In this document: positions 29,822 to 39,593 of the stretch, piece after piece
How the letters are laid out: the number at the start of each line of letters is the position of its first letter
Numbering within the stretch: the stretch's first letter is position 1
DNA from: Promethearchaeota archaeon
Lineage (GTDB): Archaea; Asgardarchaeota; Hermodarchaeia; Hermodarchaeales; Hermodarchaeaceae
Direction of reading: 5' to 3'
DNA: 64,000 bases
Assembly (NCBI GenBank): GCA_048939625.1
Contig: JBHLPH010000001.1
Span: 1 to 64,000, forward strand
Notes under the pieces: model-generated
The model's database searches: none
Seen by the model: only the letters and a program-made list of their open reading frames with translations
What the model was told of the DNA's origin: nothing
Translations under genes and position numbers: made by a program

Positions 29822-31036
29822 TTAGGGATACCGACGTCGAATTAGAACAACTAGAATTGCTGCAACCACGCCCGTCGTGATTACTGCACCAGCGCCAATG
29901 ACTACAGGAATCATGTTAATTGGCTGATTTACTGATGGGAGGATGTAATCCTCAAGCAAATGGATGACATCAAAAGCGCTACTACGAGCCGTAAAGACGA
30001 CGACCATATCTAGGTTTGGCACCACGAATATGTGTTGATTGAGATAGCCATGTGCAGCGTAAGTATCGATGGTTGGATGAATCCACCATTGATACCCGTA
30101 TTCAGTTTCACTATCAACGATTGCTTGGCTTGTGGACGAGGCATCCACCCAGGATGCAGGAAGAATTTGCTGTCCATCCCACGTTCCATTATGGAGGTAG
30201 AGAAACCCAAATTTTGCCATATCGCGGGGACGTAATTGCAGTGATGACCCCCCGTTCACATTTCCTTGAGGATCTCTTGACCAGTAATAGTCCGTGATGC
30301 CAAGTGGAGCAAAGAGATTGGTTTCAGTAAATGCTTGGGTAGACACTCCTGTTGTCTGGTTAATGATTGCTGAGAGGAGATGAGAACCCCCTGTATTATA
30401 AACCCAATGAGTGCCGGGTGAATAATCCATGGGCCGGTTAAGGACGAATTCCACCCAATTTGAGCTGGTGGTCATGCGGTCCCAGTCATTGTTTGGATTC
30501 CCATAGGGGTAAGTCCATTCATCCCAGGGGAGCCCCGAGGTCATGGAAAGAAGGTTTTCGATAGTTATCGCTTCTTTCCGACTGTCCATATTTTGAATTG
30601 TCAGATGCGAAAAGATGTCGACGAGGTGGTCATCGAGGTTGAGGTATCCCTGGTTGATGGCAATGCCAATGAGGGCCGAGGAGACGCTTTTTGTACACGA
30701 ATAGATGTTACTGCGCTGAGTCTCACGATCAGGTACTCCCATGTAATTCTCATAGACAATGTAGCCATGGCGGACAACAAGAATTGATCGCAGCGCAAAT
30801 GCCCAGGTTTGTCCAGCAAGGTATTGTTGCATTTGTAGAAACCGTCCGGAATCCATATCTTGTGATTCTAGGGATGCGGTTTCCCAATCAAGCGTTGGCC
30901 AATAATCTGGTTGATTCATTTGAGCAAAAACTGGATAGTGTAACGGGAGTAAAAATACCGAGACTAGAAGAAGGGGAAGAAATCCTATCAATACAATCCG
31001 TGCACTCTTCATATGCATCAAGCCAAGCAACCTCAC
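29822..31036 (-). CDS. Serine hydrolase, beta-lactamase/PBP-like family, secreted and C-terminally anchored
   Basis: SCTK (SxxK), LLSMTSG, YNT, RDMAKFG, AHGY; signal peptide; TM + RRR. Confidence 0.9.
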   Translation of the reverse strand: MRLLGLMHMKSARIVLIGFLPLLLVSVFLLPLHYPVFAQMNQPDYWPTLDWETASLESQDMDSGRFLQMQQYLAGQTWAFALRSILVVRHGYIVYENYMGVPDRETQRSNIYSCTKSVSSALIGIAINQGYLNLDDHLVDIFSHLTIQNMDSRKEAITIENLLSMTSGLPWDEWTYPYGNPNNDWDRMTTSSNWVEFVLNRPMDYSPGTHWVYNTGGSHLLSAIINQTTGVSTQAFTETNLFAPLGITDYYWSRDPQGNVNGGSSLQLRPRDMAKFGFLYLHNGTWDGQQILPASWVDASSTSQAIVDSETEYGYQWWIHPTIDTYAAHGYLNQHIFVVPNLDMVVVFTARSSAFDVIHLLEDYILPSVNQPINMIPVVIGAGAVITTGVVAAILVVLIRRRYP

Positions 31037-31152
31037 TGAATTGATAGGTATAAAGTTAGAGTTACTTGCGAGTTATGAAAACTGTTTGAAAACTAGAACT
31101 AACTGTCTATTTCTGAAAATGTTGGTTCGGAAATGCGAATCAAAGATCATGA

Positions 31153-31893
31153 TTAAACAAAAACTATCTGTTTTGGAGATTGACCAAAAAGAAGAAGATA
31201 CCGGCTATTTGCTGGAATAGCCCCCTGACTAAGATTGTCTGCTAGCCGTGTTAATCCGGCTTGGTAAGCTTCGGAGGATATCAGATGTAAGCAGGAGAAG
31301 GCTTTGTCCCGGTAGGGTTGAATATCTGTTAAATTATAATTAAACTCAGCAATTTTTTGCTGAAAATTCTGAAACCCAATTTCTTCCATACGTTTGCGTA
31401 AAATAAGAATTGAAGGGTATCGCTGAAGGTCGACGGAGATGGTTTCTGGAAAATAGAAAGCTAAGGGACGCCGGTTTCGAATGATTTCCTCGGAATCTGT
31501 GACAGTGCATATGAAACCACCTCGCCTCAACACCCGGAAGATTTCAGCAAAATAAGACACGATATCCTCCAGGTGATGAATAACATCCACGGAGAACACA
31601 AAATCAAAGAAATGATCTTCAAAGGGCAGAGATCTTGCTTTCCCCTCTTTGAAGATAATTGTGGGTGAAAGATTTTGGGCTTCTTGAAGCATTTTTCGTG
31701 AAGGCTCAAGCCCCCAGCCAGATGCCTTGGTTGCCTTACAGAGTTCACGGATATAATTTCCCGTACCGCAACCCACTTCTAATACCTTTGAACCACGTCT
31801 GACCTGAGTGGTTTCAATAAGTAGTTTTAGTACTTCCGGATGAATGCGACGATGGCGACGATAATCTTCAGCGAGTTGATCATAGTCAATCAT
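31153..31893 (-). CDS. Class I SAM-dependent methyltransferase
   Basis: VLEVGCGTG, LPFED..FDFV, RVLRRGG. Confidence 0.9.
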   Translation of the reverse strand: MIDYDQLAEDYRRHRRIHPEVLKLLIETTQVRRGSKVLEVGCGTGNYIRELCKATKASGWGLEPSRKMLQEAQNLSPTIIFKEGKARSLPFEDHFFDFVFSVDVIHHLEDIVSYFAEIFRVLRRGGFICTVTDSEEIIRNRRPLAFYFPETISVDLQRYPSILILRKRMEEIGFQNFQQKIAEFNYNLTDIQPYRDKAFSCLHLISSEAYQAGLTRLADNLSQGAIPANSRYLLLFGQSPKQIVFV

Positions 31894-32004
31894 GCTGTCC
31901 CATTCTTGAGGTATTGTGCTGAAAAAACGTTTGGGGAAAAAATCGCGGCAATTAAAAAGGCTTAATCCTTTTCATGAACTTGGAAAGTTGAGGGCGAATC
32001 AAAA

Positions 32005-32166
32005 ATGAGTACTCAAGAGCGTCCAAAGGATTCAATAGACTTCGACGAAAAAGAGCCTTCAAGGCGTCGGAAAGCCATGGGTTGTTGTGTGATTTTGATC
32101 ATTATTATTTTTGTTATAGCCCTTTTTGTGGGATATAGTACATGGTTTGTTCCTGTCCTTCCATAG
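32005..32166 (+). CDS. 53-aa single-pass membrane micro-protein (below the ORF-track cutoff)
   Basis: Hand translation MSTQERPKDSIDFDEKEPSRRRKAMGCCVILIIIIFVIALFVGYSTWFVPVLP*; upstream GAGGG; charged N-terminus, RRRK, then TM. Confidence 0.7.
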   Translation: MSTQERPKDSIDFDEKEPSRRRKAMGCCVILIIIIFVIALFVGYSTWFVPVLP

Positions 32167-32203
32167 ATGAAGGCCTAATTTGTTAATAATAAAAAGGAAG
32201 TGG

Positions 32204-32360
32204 AACGGCTCCCAGGACAGCCGATTTGGACCAAGAGGTTGGAGGGGATTGGAGCCATTCGGTCCAAATTTTTCCAATGTTTTCCAATGCTTGGGGGCCT
32301 ACTGCTGGTGGACAACGGATTTCGGAAAGCCGGAAATTCGGATGTCCTGAGGGAGCCGTT
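32204..32360. other. Structured inverted-repeat element (candidate ncRNA or MITE)
   Basis: AACGGCTCCC/GGGAGCCGTT perfect 10 bp, CAGGACA/TGTCCTG, CCGA/TCGG; internal ATTTGGACC/GGTCCAAAT. Confidence 0.7.
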
Positions 32361-32367
32361 GGAGGAG

Positions 32368-33588
32368 TCAGCTTGAAGAGGAAGGAACTTGCCGGCGTCG
32401 ATGGACGAGATATACACTAACCACTGAAACAATTACAATAAGGGCTAATGTCCCTATGATGGCTGCTGTGATTAGTTCTCCATTTGGAGGAATATCTCCA
32501 CCGACAATAACGCCCGCAGCGGGAAGGATATAGTTCTCCAAGAGAATGTTAGGTTGCATGCAATTGGTCGACGCTGTGAATACGACTACCATATTCAATG
32601 CGGGAAAGACATTGATAAATTGGCCAAGGTATCCTCGAGCAGAATATGCACCTATTAGTGGTGAGGTCCACCACTGGTAGCCATATCCTGTGTCCGAATC
32701 GAGTAATTCAAAGCTCGAGGTAGCGGTGGTGATCCATTCCTCAGGGACAACCTGGCTACCGTCCCAGGTCCCGTTGTTGAGGAAGAGGAATCCCAATTTG
32801 GCCATATCACGGGGGGTTAGACGAAGGCTTGCCCCACCAAAAGCATTGTGGTCTGGATCTTTGCCCCAATCGTAGTGGGTGATACCTAACGGAGTGAAGA
32901 GCTTGTCTTCAGCGTAGTCCTGTGTAAATTGACCTGTTGAGATATTGACAAGTGCGGAGAGTAAATGGGAGGCACCTGAGTTATAATACCATACTTCACC
33001 CGGGGTGTGAGCCATTGGCTGGTCTAACACATATTGGACCCAGTCAACACTACTAGTCATCTGTGAGAAGGAGTTAACCCCAGTATAGACGTTTTCATCC
33101 CAGTCGATGCCAGTGGTCATAGTCAGCAGGTGTTCAATAGTCATTGCTTCTTTGCGAGAATCCATATTGGCAATGGTGCGATCACTAAAAAAGTCCAGGA
33201 CATGTTCATCGACACTGGTTATGTAGCCTTCTGTGAGTGCAATCCCAACGAGAGTGGATGTGAAGCTTTTGGTGCATGAAAAGATGTTTCTTCGAGAGTC
33301 GACACCATAACTGCCGTAGTAAGTTTCGTGAGCAATATAGCCATTCTTGATGACAATTGATGAGACCATGGCAAAGCCCCAGTCGATTGTATTAATGTAT
33401 TCGTCCATTGCTTCAAGATAAGCAGCGTTCATGTTTTGGGCTTCGGGTGTTGAAGTTTGCCACCCGGTTGTTGGCCAATAATCGGGAACCCAGGGAGTCT
33501 GTGCTGGTGTTGCATATGTTGGTAGCGCAACTAGCAGTAGTACTAGTGTGGATATGCAAATCAGTGGAGTAAAACGCTTGTTTGTCAT
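32368..33588 (-). CDS. Serine hydrolase, beta-lactamase/PBP-like family (paralogue of 29822-31036)
   Basis: SCTK, LLTMTTG, YNS, RDMAKLG, ARGY; shares PDYWPT and MDSRKEA with the paralogue. Confidence 0.9.
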   Translation of the reverse strand: MTNKRFTPLICISTLVLLLVALPTYATPAQTPWVPDYWPTTGWQTSTPEAQNMNAAYLEAMDEYINTIDWGFAMVSSIVIKNGYIAHETYYGSYGVDSRRNIFSCTKSFTSTLVGIALTEGYITSVDEHVLDFFSDRTIANMDSRKEAMTIEHLLTMTTGIDWDENVYTGVNSFSQMTSSVDWVQYVLDQPMAHTPGEVWYYNSGASHLLSALVNISTGQFTQDYAEDKLFTPLGITHYDWGKDPDHNAFGGASLRLTPRDMAKLGFLFLNNGTWDGSQVVPEEWITTATSSFELLDSDTGYGYQWWTSPLIGAYSARGYLGQFINVFPALNMVVVFTASTNCMQPNILLENYILPAAGVIVGGDIPPNGELITAAIIGTLALIVIVSVVSVYLVHRRRQVPSSSS

Positions 33589-33765
33589 CCGCGTCCTTCC
33601 TTTGGGTACCAGCTGATTTCAGTTTTCGAATTCAGGTGTATATAGTCGTGGAAACCGGCAAGTTCGAAAAGTGGACTACTAATCGGAATCAATAACAAGA
33701 AACCGAACTGGCTGGTTCACTAATACTCGAAAGCCACTCAAAATACTTTCACAGATATTCAAAGG

Positions 33766-34746
33766 CTAGAAGCCAGCCTGAGCTAGCATTTCTTCTAAGC
33801 GTAGTTCACGAAGCCCTTTGAAATGCCGATAGGGGAAAAACACCAATGTTTCGACTGAATCGATCATTGATGCTCGTCGAAGAGCTTGATGGATTTTTTC
33901 AAATGCACCAACATTTTCCACGATGAATGTACTAAAGAGTAGTGGCTCTGAAGCTGAAGCATATGAGTACCAGTGCTCAACGGGATATTTCTCACGGAGC
34001 CAGGCGTCTAGTTCCGCTGGATTTCCTCTGTCTTCGTTATAGGTAATTCGTGCAGCGTATGAAATATTACCACTCGCGTTTAAATTCCAAAAACTTCGAA
34101 AATGCACGGGTTCATTGGAAGCTCTTTCTTCAGGTCGTATATTTTCACGAATTACAAAGGCGCGGGTCGTTGCTTTATTTCCACCGAGTTGATCAAGAAC
34201 TCGACGAATCGTCCGAGCAGTTAATCCTGTTTCTTTGGCCAAATTCACAATGGACATGCGGGCATCTTTCCGAAGCTGGGCTAACACCTTTAGTTGCAGC
34301 GGTGTGAAAGTGACCTTTCCTCCCTTATCCGTAAGTAAGGTGTGAAGCTCTACTGCTGCAACACCCTCATTATTTCGGAGAAACCGGCTTAACTCATTCA
34401 TCCCAGTTGCACCGTTATACTCGCCAAACGCGACGAGGTTCCCATTTGAAAGATATGCCGCTCGATGAATCATTGAGTTATTGCCAATAGTATTAATCAG
34501 AGATTCATCGTCATGGCTTCCATCCGTTTCGATGAACGCAACTAGCATTTCTGCGTCAATCATGCTGAGGCTAAGCCAAACTGTGAAGCGCTTTAGAACT
34601 CCACTTGTTTGGAGTTTTGTCACACGTTTCTTGATTGCGTTGGCGCTGATATCAAAGTCTCGAGCAAGGGCTTCATATGAAACACGGCAGTTTGCGTCGA
34701 GGGCGTAAAAGATACCTTTATCAATTAGGTCCATCTCAGACACCAC
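33766..34746 (-). CDS. Tandem Lrp/AsnC-type wHTH transcriptional regulator
   Basis: MDLIDKGIFYALDANCRVSYEALA..AIKKRV and LRKDARMSIVNLAKETGLTARTIRR. Confidence 0.85.
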   Translation of the reverse strand: MVSEMDLIDKGIFYALDANCRVSYEALARDFDISANAIKKRVTKLQTSGVLKRFTVWLSLSMIDAEMLVAFIETDGSHDDESLINTIGNNSMIHRAAYLSNGNLVAFGEYNGATGMNELSRFLRNNEGVAAVELHTLLTDKGGKVTFTPLQLKVLAQLRKDARMSIVNLAKETGLTARTIRRVLDQLGGNKATTRAFVIRENIRPEERASNEPVHFRSFWNLNASGNISYAARITYNEDRGNPAELDAWLREKYPVEHWYSYASASEPLLFSTFIVENVGAFEKIHQALRRASMIDSVETLVFFPYRHFKGLRELRLEEMLAQAGF

Positions 34747-34896
34747 GCAGCAGGGAAGACCTTGTAACCGAGCAGGGGAAGCCAGCTCACCCTACGAGAC
34801 CAATCGTCCAGTGAAAGCTCTACTCGGAAGCAGCAAGTGTTCAAAGCTCCCTACTTTTAAACTAAATCATAGCTGCATTAAAACTCACGTAACCCC

Positions 34897-35325
34897 TCAA
34901 GGGGGAAGTAACATCTCAAACAATTCACGGCCAGGTGGCTTATCAATCACCTTAGATGCTGTCCAAAGGCAATCATGTTTAATCACATCGAGTGTAAATC
35001 CAGATCGGTGTAGCTGTAACAAATACTGAAGATGAGTGATCATTTGCGCTAATATTATCCCAAGCTTCTCGTGTTCTGAATCCTCAGCAATGTCTTCTGA
35101 AGCTTCGGAGCCGTTGTCTGAAGAGATATTTGGCAGCCACACTTCAACTTCAACTGACACTATGGAAGGAGTTTCTGAAGTCCGAAGCAAGAGAATACGT
35201 AAAGATGGACTTTGGAAGAGGGGTTGGACTGACTCACCCGATTCGTTTTGGATTGAAGGTGAGTTAAGGGGCTTGGCAGTAAGTTGCTGGTATTTTTTCA
35301 TCAATTGTTCGGAGTTCATTTTCAA
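34897..35325 (-). CDS. Hypothetical protein
   Basis: 142-aa ORF filling the gap; globular-looking composition. Confidence 0.6.
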   Translation of the reverse strand: MKMNSEQLMKKYQQLTAKPLNSPSIQNESGESVQPLFQSPSLRILLLRTSETPSIVSVEVEVWLPNISSDNGSEASEDIAEDSEHEKLGIILAQMITHLQYLLQLHRSGFTLDVIKHDCLWTASKVIDKPPGRELFEMLLPP

Positions 35326-35543
35326 TTCCTGATTTTACCATACTTTGGTGTAATATTATTTCATGGCAACCACAGGGTTCGGAAAAAACCCAATGAGCGA
35401 AGGATGGAGGAGAAATTATTATACAATTGGTTCAGATTTCAATCCCCTATCGCAATATTGAAGAGAGTTTGGTCAGTATCCGGATTTTTTAAGGAGAAAT
35501 CATTTGATACTCCTCAATGCATAGTGAGTAAGGAATTGAGAAC

Positions 35544-36029
35544 ATGACGAAAGAAACTGAAAAGCCCTGTTTATCTGATCTGGGAGGAATCTTCCAGTTA
35601 TTTAGCGGAGTGCTTATACTAGGAGCCCAAGTTACCATTTATTTCGCCTTGACACCCTTCTTTGCCCTCATTCCCTCAGTTCCCATTGATATTCGACCAC
35701 TCTATGAGCTGATAGGACAGATGCTTCAGATTATCCTAGTTGTAATGATCCTCTGTGGGATCGTAATCATTATTGCAGGAATCGTATCATTCTTCCGCAG
35801 TGGTACTATCGGGGGATTTCTATCTCTATTCTTTGGCATTCCAGTGATTGTAGCGGGTGTGTGGATGATCTTTGCAGTTGGTTTTTACCCAGGCTTAGCC
35901 CACTTTGCTGGTGCAGTCCTTGCCATGGTTGGAGGAATTGTTAGTATAATTCCAGCTATTCGTGGTCCCCCTAAACCAAAAACCCGCCGAGAAAAGGACA
36001 TTGTGGACAGACAGAAGCGAAAGAAGTGA
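35544..36029 (+). CDS. 4-TM membrane protein
   Basis: Four Gly-rich hydrophobic helices and a basic tail. Confidence 0.7.
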   Translation: MTKETEKPCLSDLGGIFQLFSGVLILGAQVTIYFALTPFFALIPSVPIDIRPLYELIGQMLQIILVVMILCGIVIIIAGIVSFFRSGTIGGFLSLFFGIPVIVAGVWMIFAVGFYPGLAHFAGAVLAMVGGIVSIIPAIRGPPKPKTRREKDIVDRQKRKK

Positions 36030-36104
36030 GAGCCAGATTTCGAACGGACAACTGCGCTTTTGTATAACTTCATAGTAATCAAGAAGCTGTAAGGTGGCCT
36101 ACCA

Positions 36105-37265
36105 TTGGATCTTGACATGATAAACGAGCAAATTGCCCATATCTCCGATGTATTTACAAATATTCTCCTCGATCGAGGCCTTTTAGAATCTCAGCTATTC
36201 CCTGTCAATGCCTACATTTCTCTATCCTGTTACAACACATACGAAACCCAGTACAACATTATGAAACAAGTGTGGGACCGGATAACACCTGAAGACCTTG
36301 CCAAACAAAGCAAAGTCTTACTTTCGGAAGTGCAAGGCCTTTCAATTATGTATCAGTGGCTGTACTACGGACTTGGTCGCATGGGGGTAATCTTCAATCA
36401 GTGTGATAATGATCCAAGGAAAGAACCCAAAACTAAACAAGAGGAATGGCGGTATCTTCTCGAACACTGGTACCGGTTAGGTACCCATTATTTCAACACA
36501 GGGAAACCCACCATTGAAGGGTCTGGATATACTAACTTAGCCTTTGGAGATGATGTGCTCAATTGGCTAAAAGATCGGCTCGAACCAGTATCTAGCCCTC
36601 AGGTGTCCGCTTTGCGGAAAGCCATTGGGACCGTCGACCTTTATGCATTCATGGATGAATGTGAAGCCCGCGCAAAAATCAGCGAACATGGACCCTATCC
36701 TTTAGAAAACAAGGAATCCCTCGTAATCACCGAGTATACACATTTGTATGATGGAAAGGAACCCCTATGGTTACCGTGGTCAGAAACGGAGACTCCGCTT
36801 CCTACAGCCTCCCTAGGTGTAGCGATGACATTGAAGGGTGTGAAAGCGAAGTTCAGTGACACAGGAACCATGACCCTTGATCCAGCTGAATATGGAGAGC
36901 ATGTCCAACAAATGGTAGCCTATACTAAGAGTGGTAATAAATTGAAAGAGTTAGGCCTCGATGAGCTTTCTGTATATGCAACTGCTGCTAACGCCTCTCA
37001 AGAGGAATTATTCATGCGGTTTGCAGACTGGGATAAACAAGAACGACTCATTGCTGGTGCTAAAGCGTATATGCGCGGATTCGCTCGATACACCAATCAA
37101 GTGGGGATTACCGATCAAATTGACTGGGACCTGACCTCGCATTCCACGGAAGAATATGTCCCCTATTTTATGACTCATGATGGGGATAACGCCTTTACCC
37201 GTATGTTTCGCTCTCCAGAAGACCGGGCAAAAGATCCCACCTTCTATAAACTCCCAGAATCTTAA
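36105..37265 (+). CDS. Hypothetical soluble protein
   Basis: 386-aa ORF, enzyme-like composition; no family recognised. Confidence 0.7.
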   Translation: MDLDMINEQIAHISDVFTNILLDRGLLESQLFPVNAYISLSCYNTYETQYNIMKQVWDRITPEDLAKQSKVLLSEVQGLSIMYQWLYYGLGRMGVIFNQCDNDPRKEPKTKQEEWRYLLEHWYRLGTHYFNTGKPTIEGSGYTNLAFGDDVLNWLKDRLEPVSSPQVSALRKAIGTVDLYAFMDECEARAKISEHGPYPLENKESLVITEYTHLYDGKEPLWLPWSETETPLPTASLGVAMTLKGVKAKFSDTGTMTLDPAEYGEHVQQMVAYTKSGNKLKELGLDELSVYATAANASQEELFMRFADWDKQERLIAGAKAYMRGFARYTNQVGITDQIDWDLTSHSTEEYVPYFMTHDGDNAFTRMFRSPEDRAKDPTFYKLPES

Positions 37266-37290
37266 GCGACCCAAAGGAAACCCTCGAAAA

Positions 37291-38181
37291 ATGAAAGCCT
37301 TCAAAAATGAAGATGACTACTTACATAAACCTACTAAACACACTGATTGGCGGGAGAGCTTCTACTTCAATTGGGTAGACCTGAAAGCTCAAGTCAGTGG
37401 ATTCACCACCATTGGAATTGTCCCCAATGTGCCACGCCGAGAATTTGTCTTTGCCCTCTTTGTGGAGGGCAGGCCCGAGTTCTACTTCACAGAAACCAAA
37501 GAACCGATACCCACCGAATTCCATGCCGCCATGGGTGATGAAACCTTGGTCTATGAACTCGTGAAACCGCATACTGATTGGCGAATCCATTATACTAATC
37601 CCCGACTCTCCGCCGAAATCCAGTGGCAAAGCCGATTCCCACCCGGCGATTTTGGGAAAGGAAGTGGCACCAGCTGGGGTCGCCACTTCGAGCAATCCGG
37701 ACATATCAAAGGTCATGTTAAGTATCCTGATGGACGCGTCCACCACTTTGCAGGCTTGGGGCAACGGGATAAAAGCTGGGGAGTTCGCAACTGGCATATC
37801 GACCAGTGGTTTGCCTTACACGCCCAATTCGACGAAATGATGATCGGTCTTCGTATTGACACTGTGAAAGGTAAAACACACCAAGCTGGAATAATCAGTT
37901 CAGAAAAAGAAAACATACCAATAGTCAAAGCATCATTTGAGACTGAATTCGAAGAGGAAGCTATCCAAAAACCCGTGAAAGCAATAACAAAGGTAGTAGA
38001 TACCCAGGATCAAACCTATACAATCATTTCTAAGCCCATTCATCCAAATGCTTTTGCCCGATATGCCCGACCCTATAAGTCCGGAGAAACTGAATTGTTT
38101 GAAATAATGGTTGTCCATGAGTGTGAAGAACTCAACGAAACCGGCACTGGACTCACCGAATGGCTTTTCACCCATCCCTAG
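37291..38181 (+). CDS. CrtC/AttH/tocopherol-cyclase-like beta-barrel protein
   Basis: WRESFYFNW, HFEQSG, GLGQRDKSWGVRNW motifs; start moved to ATG 37291. Confidence 0.6.
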   Translation: MKAFKNEDDYLHKPTKHTDWRESFYFNWVDLKAQVSGFTTIGIVPNVPRREFVFALFVEGRPEFYFTETKEPIPTEFHAAMGDETLVYELVKPHTDWRIHYTNPRLSAEIQWQSRFPPGDFGKGSGTSWGRHFEQSGHIKGHVKYPDGRVHHFAGLGQRDKSWGVRNWHIDQWFALHAQFDEMMIGLRIDTVKGKTHQAGIISSEKENIPIVKASFETEFEEEAIQKPVKAITKVVDTQDQTYTIISKPIHPNAFARYARPYKSGETELFEIMVVHECEELNETGTGLTEWLFTHP

Positions 38182-38192
38182 CCTTAAATCGG

Positions 38193-39593
38193 TTATATCC
38201 CTGAAATTAGTCGTATGAACGAAGACCGTAAAATTAGGAAGACAAGAGGAAAGAATACAAGAATTCCAACGATTATCAAACTGCCAGTCCCCAACGTAAA
38301 GAGTTGAAACTGCGAGAGCATTTGAGGGACACTAGTCGAAATATAATCTACGAAACTGGCATCTACCACCATGGCATTAACTGCGTACGAGAAATAAGAT
38401 GAGCCTAGATAGTAATGAGCTAACTGTCCGGCTTTTCCCACTGATTGTTCCATAACTAAATAGCCATAATTTGAAGCCATCATTACAATTTGCGAATCAA
38501 CCAGATCATTAGGTAATCCTGTTATATGATACCGGGAAACCCAAGAGTAATCAACGAATTTCTGAGTATAGTATTGAAATCCTCCTATCAAGTAATCATA
38601 TTCGGCCCAGAATACTTGTAAATTATCACTTCTATCAATCGATAGGCTAAGACGATAGATGTTTTCGTCTTCTGAGAGAACCCTTCCGTCACAAACTAGG
38701 GCAAGACCATCTTGGCTGTTATAGATTTCATAAGCTAAATGAATATTCTCTTGAGAATCGATTGCAGCAGCCCATGTATCATAAACCTCTGAGATATACA
38801 GGCTAGAAATCGTCCAATTGCCACCAATATTGCTTGCTTGATAAAATTCGTCTTCTGGTTTGAAGAGGATAGAAACACGCCCGTCCCTACCGGGGAGGAG
38901 TTCGAATAAATGTTCAGTCCCATAAGGAAATTCAAGAGCCACAAATACGACCTGGGGCGGATTTTGTGAGCCGACTTCCCAGCACATTAATTGCCAGGAA
39001 TCCCAAAATTCGAGAGGGTCAAGGAATTCAATCCATGCAGCATAAAGGATTCCATCTATACTGTACGCGAGTTGAAAATGTGTAATGTTGAATCGCTGTA
39101 AGAGTTGTTCCGGTTGCCCCCAGACTACACCATCATTTAGAATATAGTAAGCAGAGCCAACCATGTCATAATAGTCTTTTTTCACATCTAGCCAGCCTGC
39201 GGCCATTTCGCCTGAATAACTACATGCCAAGGTTGTCTGTACATCCCAAGGAGGTGAATAGATGAAATAATTGTAGGGATTTGAAGTTCGAACGAGATCT
39301 GAAAGGGGCAGCTCACGAAACCAAGTCTCATCATGATAAGTACGGTGCTTAATAATAGCCCGTAAGGATCCATTCTCGAGTCGTAGGCCATCCGCATAGA
39401 TAGCATGGAAATCACCTCCAGCGTCCTGAGCTATTTGGACATTATTCGGTTGGATGTACGGGAATTCAGATAACCGGTAGAGACTTGGAGAGTAGGTTAA
39501 GAAGAGGAAGAAAAAGAAGGCAATTGCAAGTCCTTGTATTGTTCCATAAGCAAGTTGCTTCTTAGTAGTTTGGGATAGTACAATTCGTCTCAT
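38193..39593 (-). CDS. Membrane-anchored extracellular beta-rich (propeller-like) protein
   Basis: TM at both ends; repeated D-x-x-G/N-x-x-H/Y-x-x-W/Y blades (DAGGDFHAIY, DSQENIHLAY, DRSDNLQVFW). Confidence 0.65.
   Translation of the reverse strand: MRRIVLSQTTKKQLAYGTIQGLAIAFFFFLFLTYSPSLYRLSEFPYIQPNNVQIAQDAGGDFHAIYADGLRLENGSLRAIIKHRTYHDETWFRELPLSDLVRTSNPYNYFIYSPPWDVQTTLACSYSGEMAAGWLDVKKDYYDMVGSAYYILNDGVVWGQPEQLLQRFNITHFQLAYSIDGILYAAWIEFLDPLEFWDSWQLMCWEVGSQNPPQVVFVALEFPYGTEHLFELLPGRDGRVSILFKPEDEFYQASNIGGNWTISSLYISEVYDTWAAAIDSQENIHLAYEIYNSQDGLALVCDGRVLSEDENIYRLSLSIDRSDNLQVFWAEYDYLIGGFQYYTQKFVDYSWVSRYHITGLPNDLVDSQIVMMASNYGYLVMEQSVGKAGQLAHYYLGSSYFSYAVNAMVVDASFVDYISTSVPQMLSQFQLFTLGTGSLIIVGILVFFPLVFLILRSSFIRLISGI

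Noticed and set aside
32270-32370. Selenocysteine or stop read-through at the hydrolase UGA followed by a hairpin
   Set aside because: UGA follows the membrane anchor and matches the paralogue's end; read-through adds only about 22 residues; no clear SECIS core
32059-32432. Three short ORFs overlapping the inverted-repeat element
   Set aside because: No recognisable protein features; the RNA/DNA structure explains the region better
33600-33740. GTTCGAAAA / GAAC-N6-GTTC as an SOS-like box shared with the radA promoter
   Set aside because: CGAAAA fits an ordinary archaeal BRE, spacing does not match LexA boxes, and it also occurs before non-repair genes
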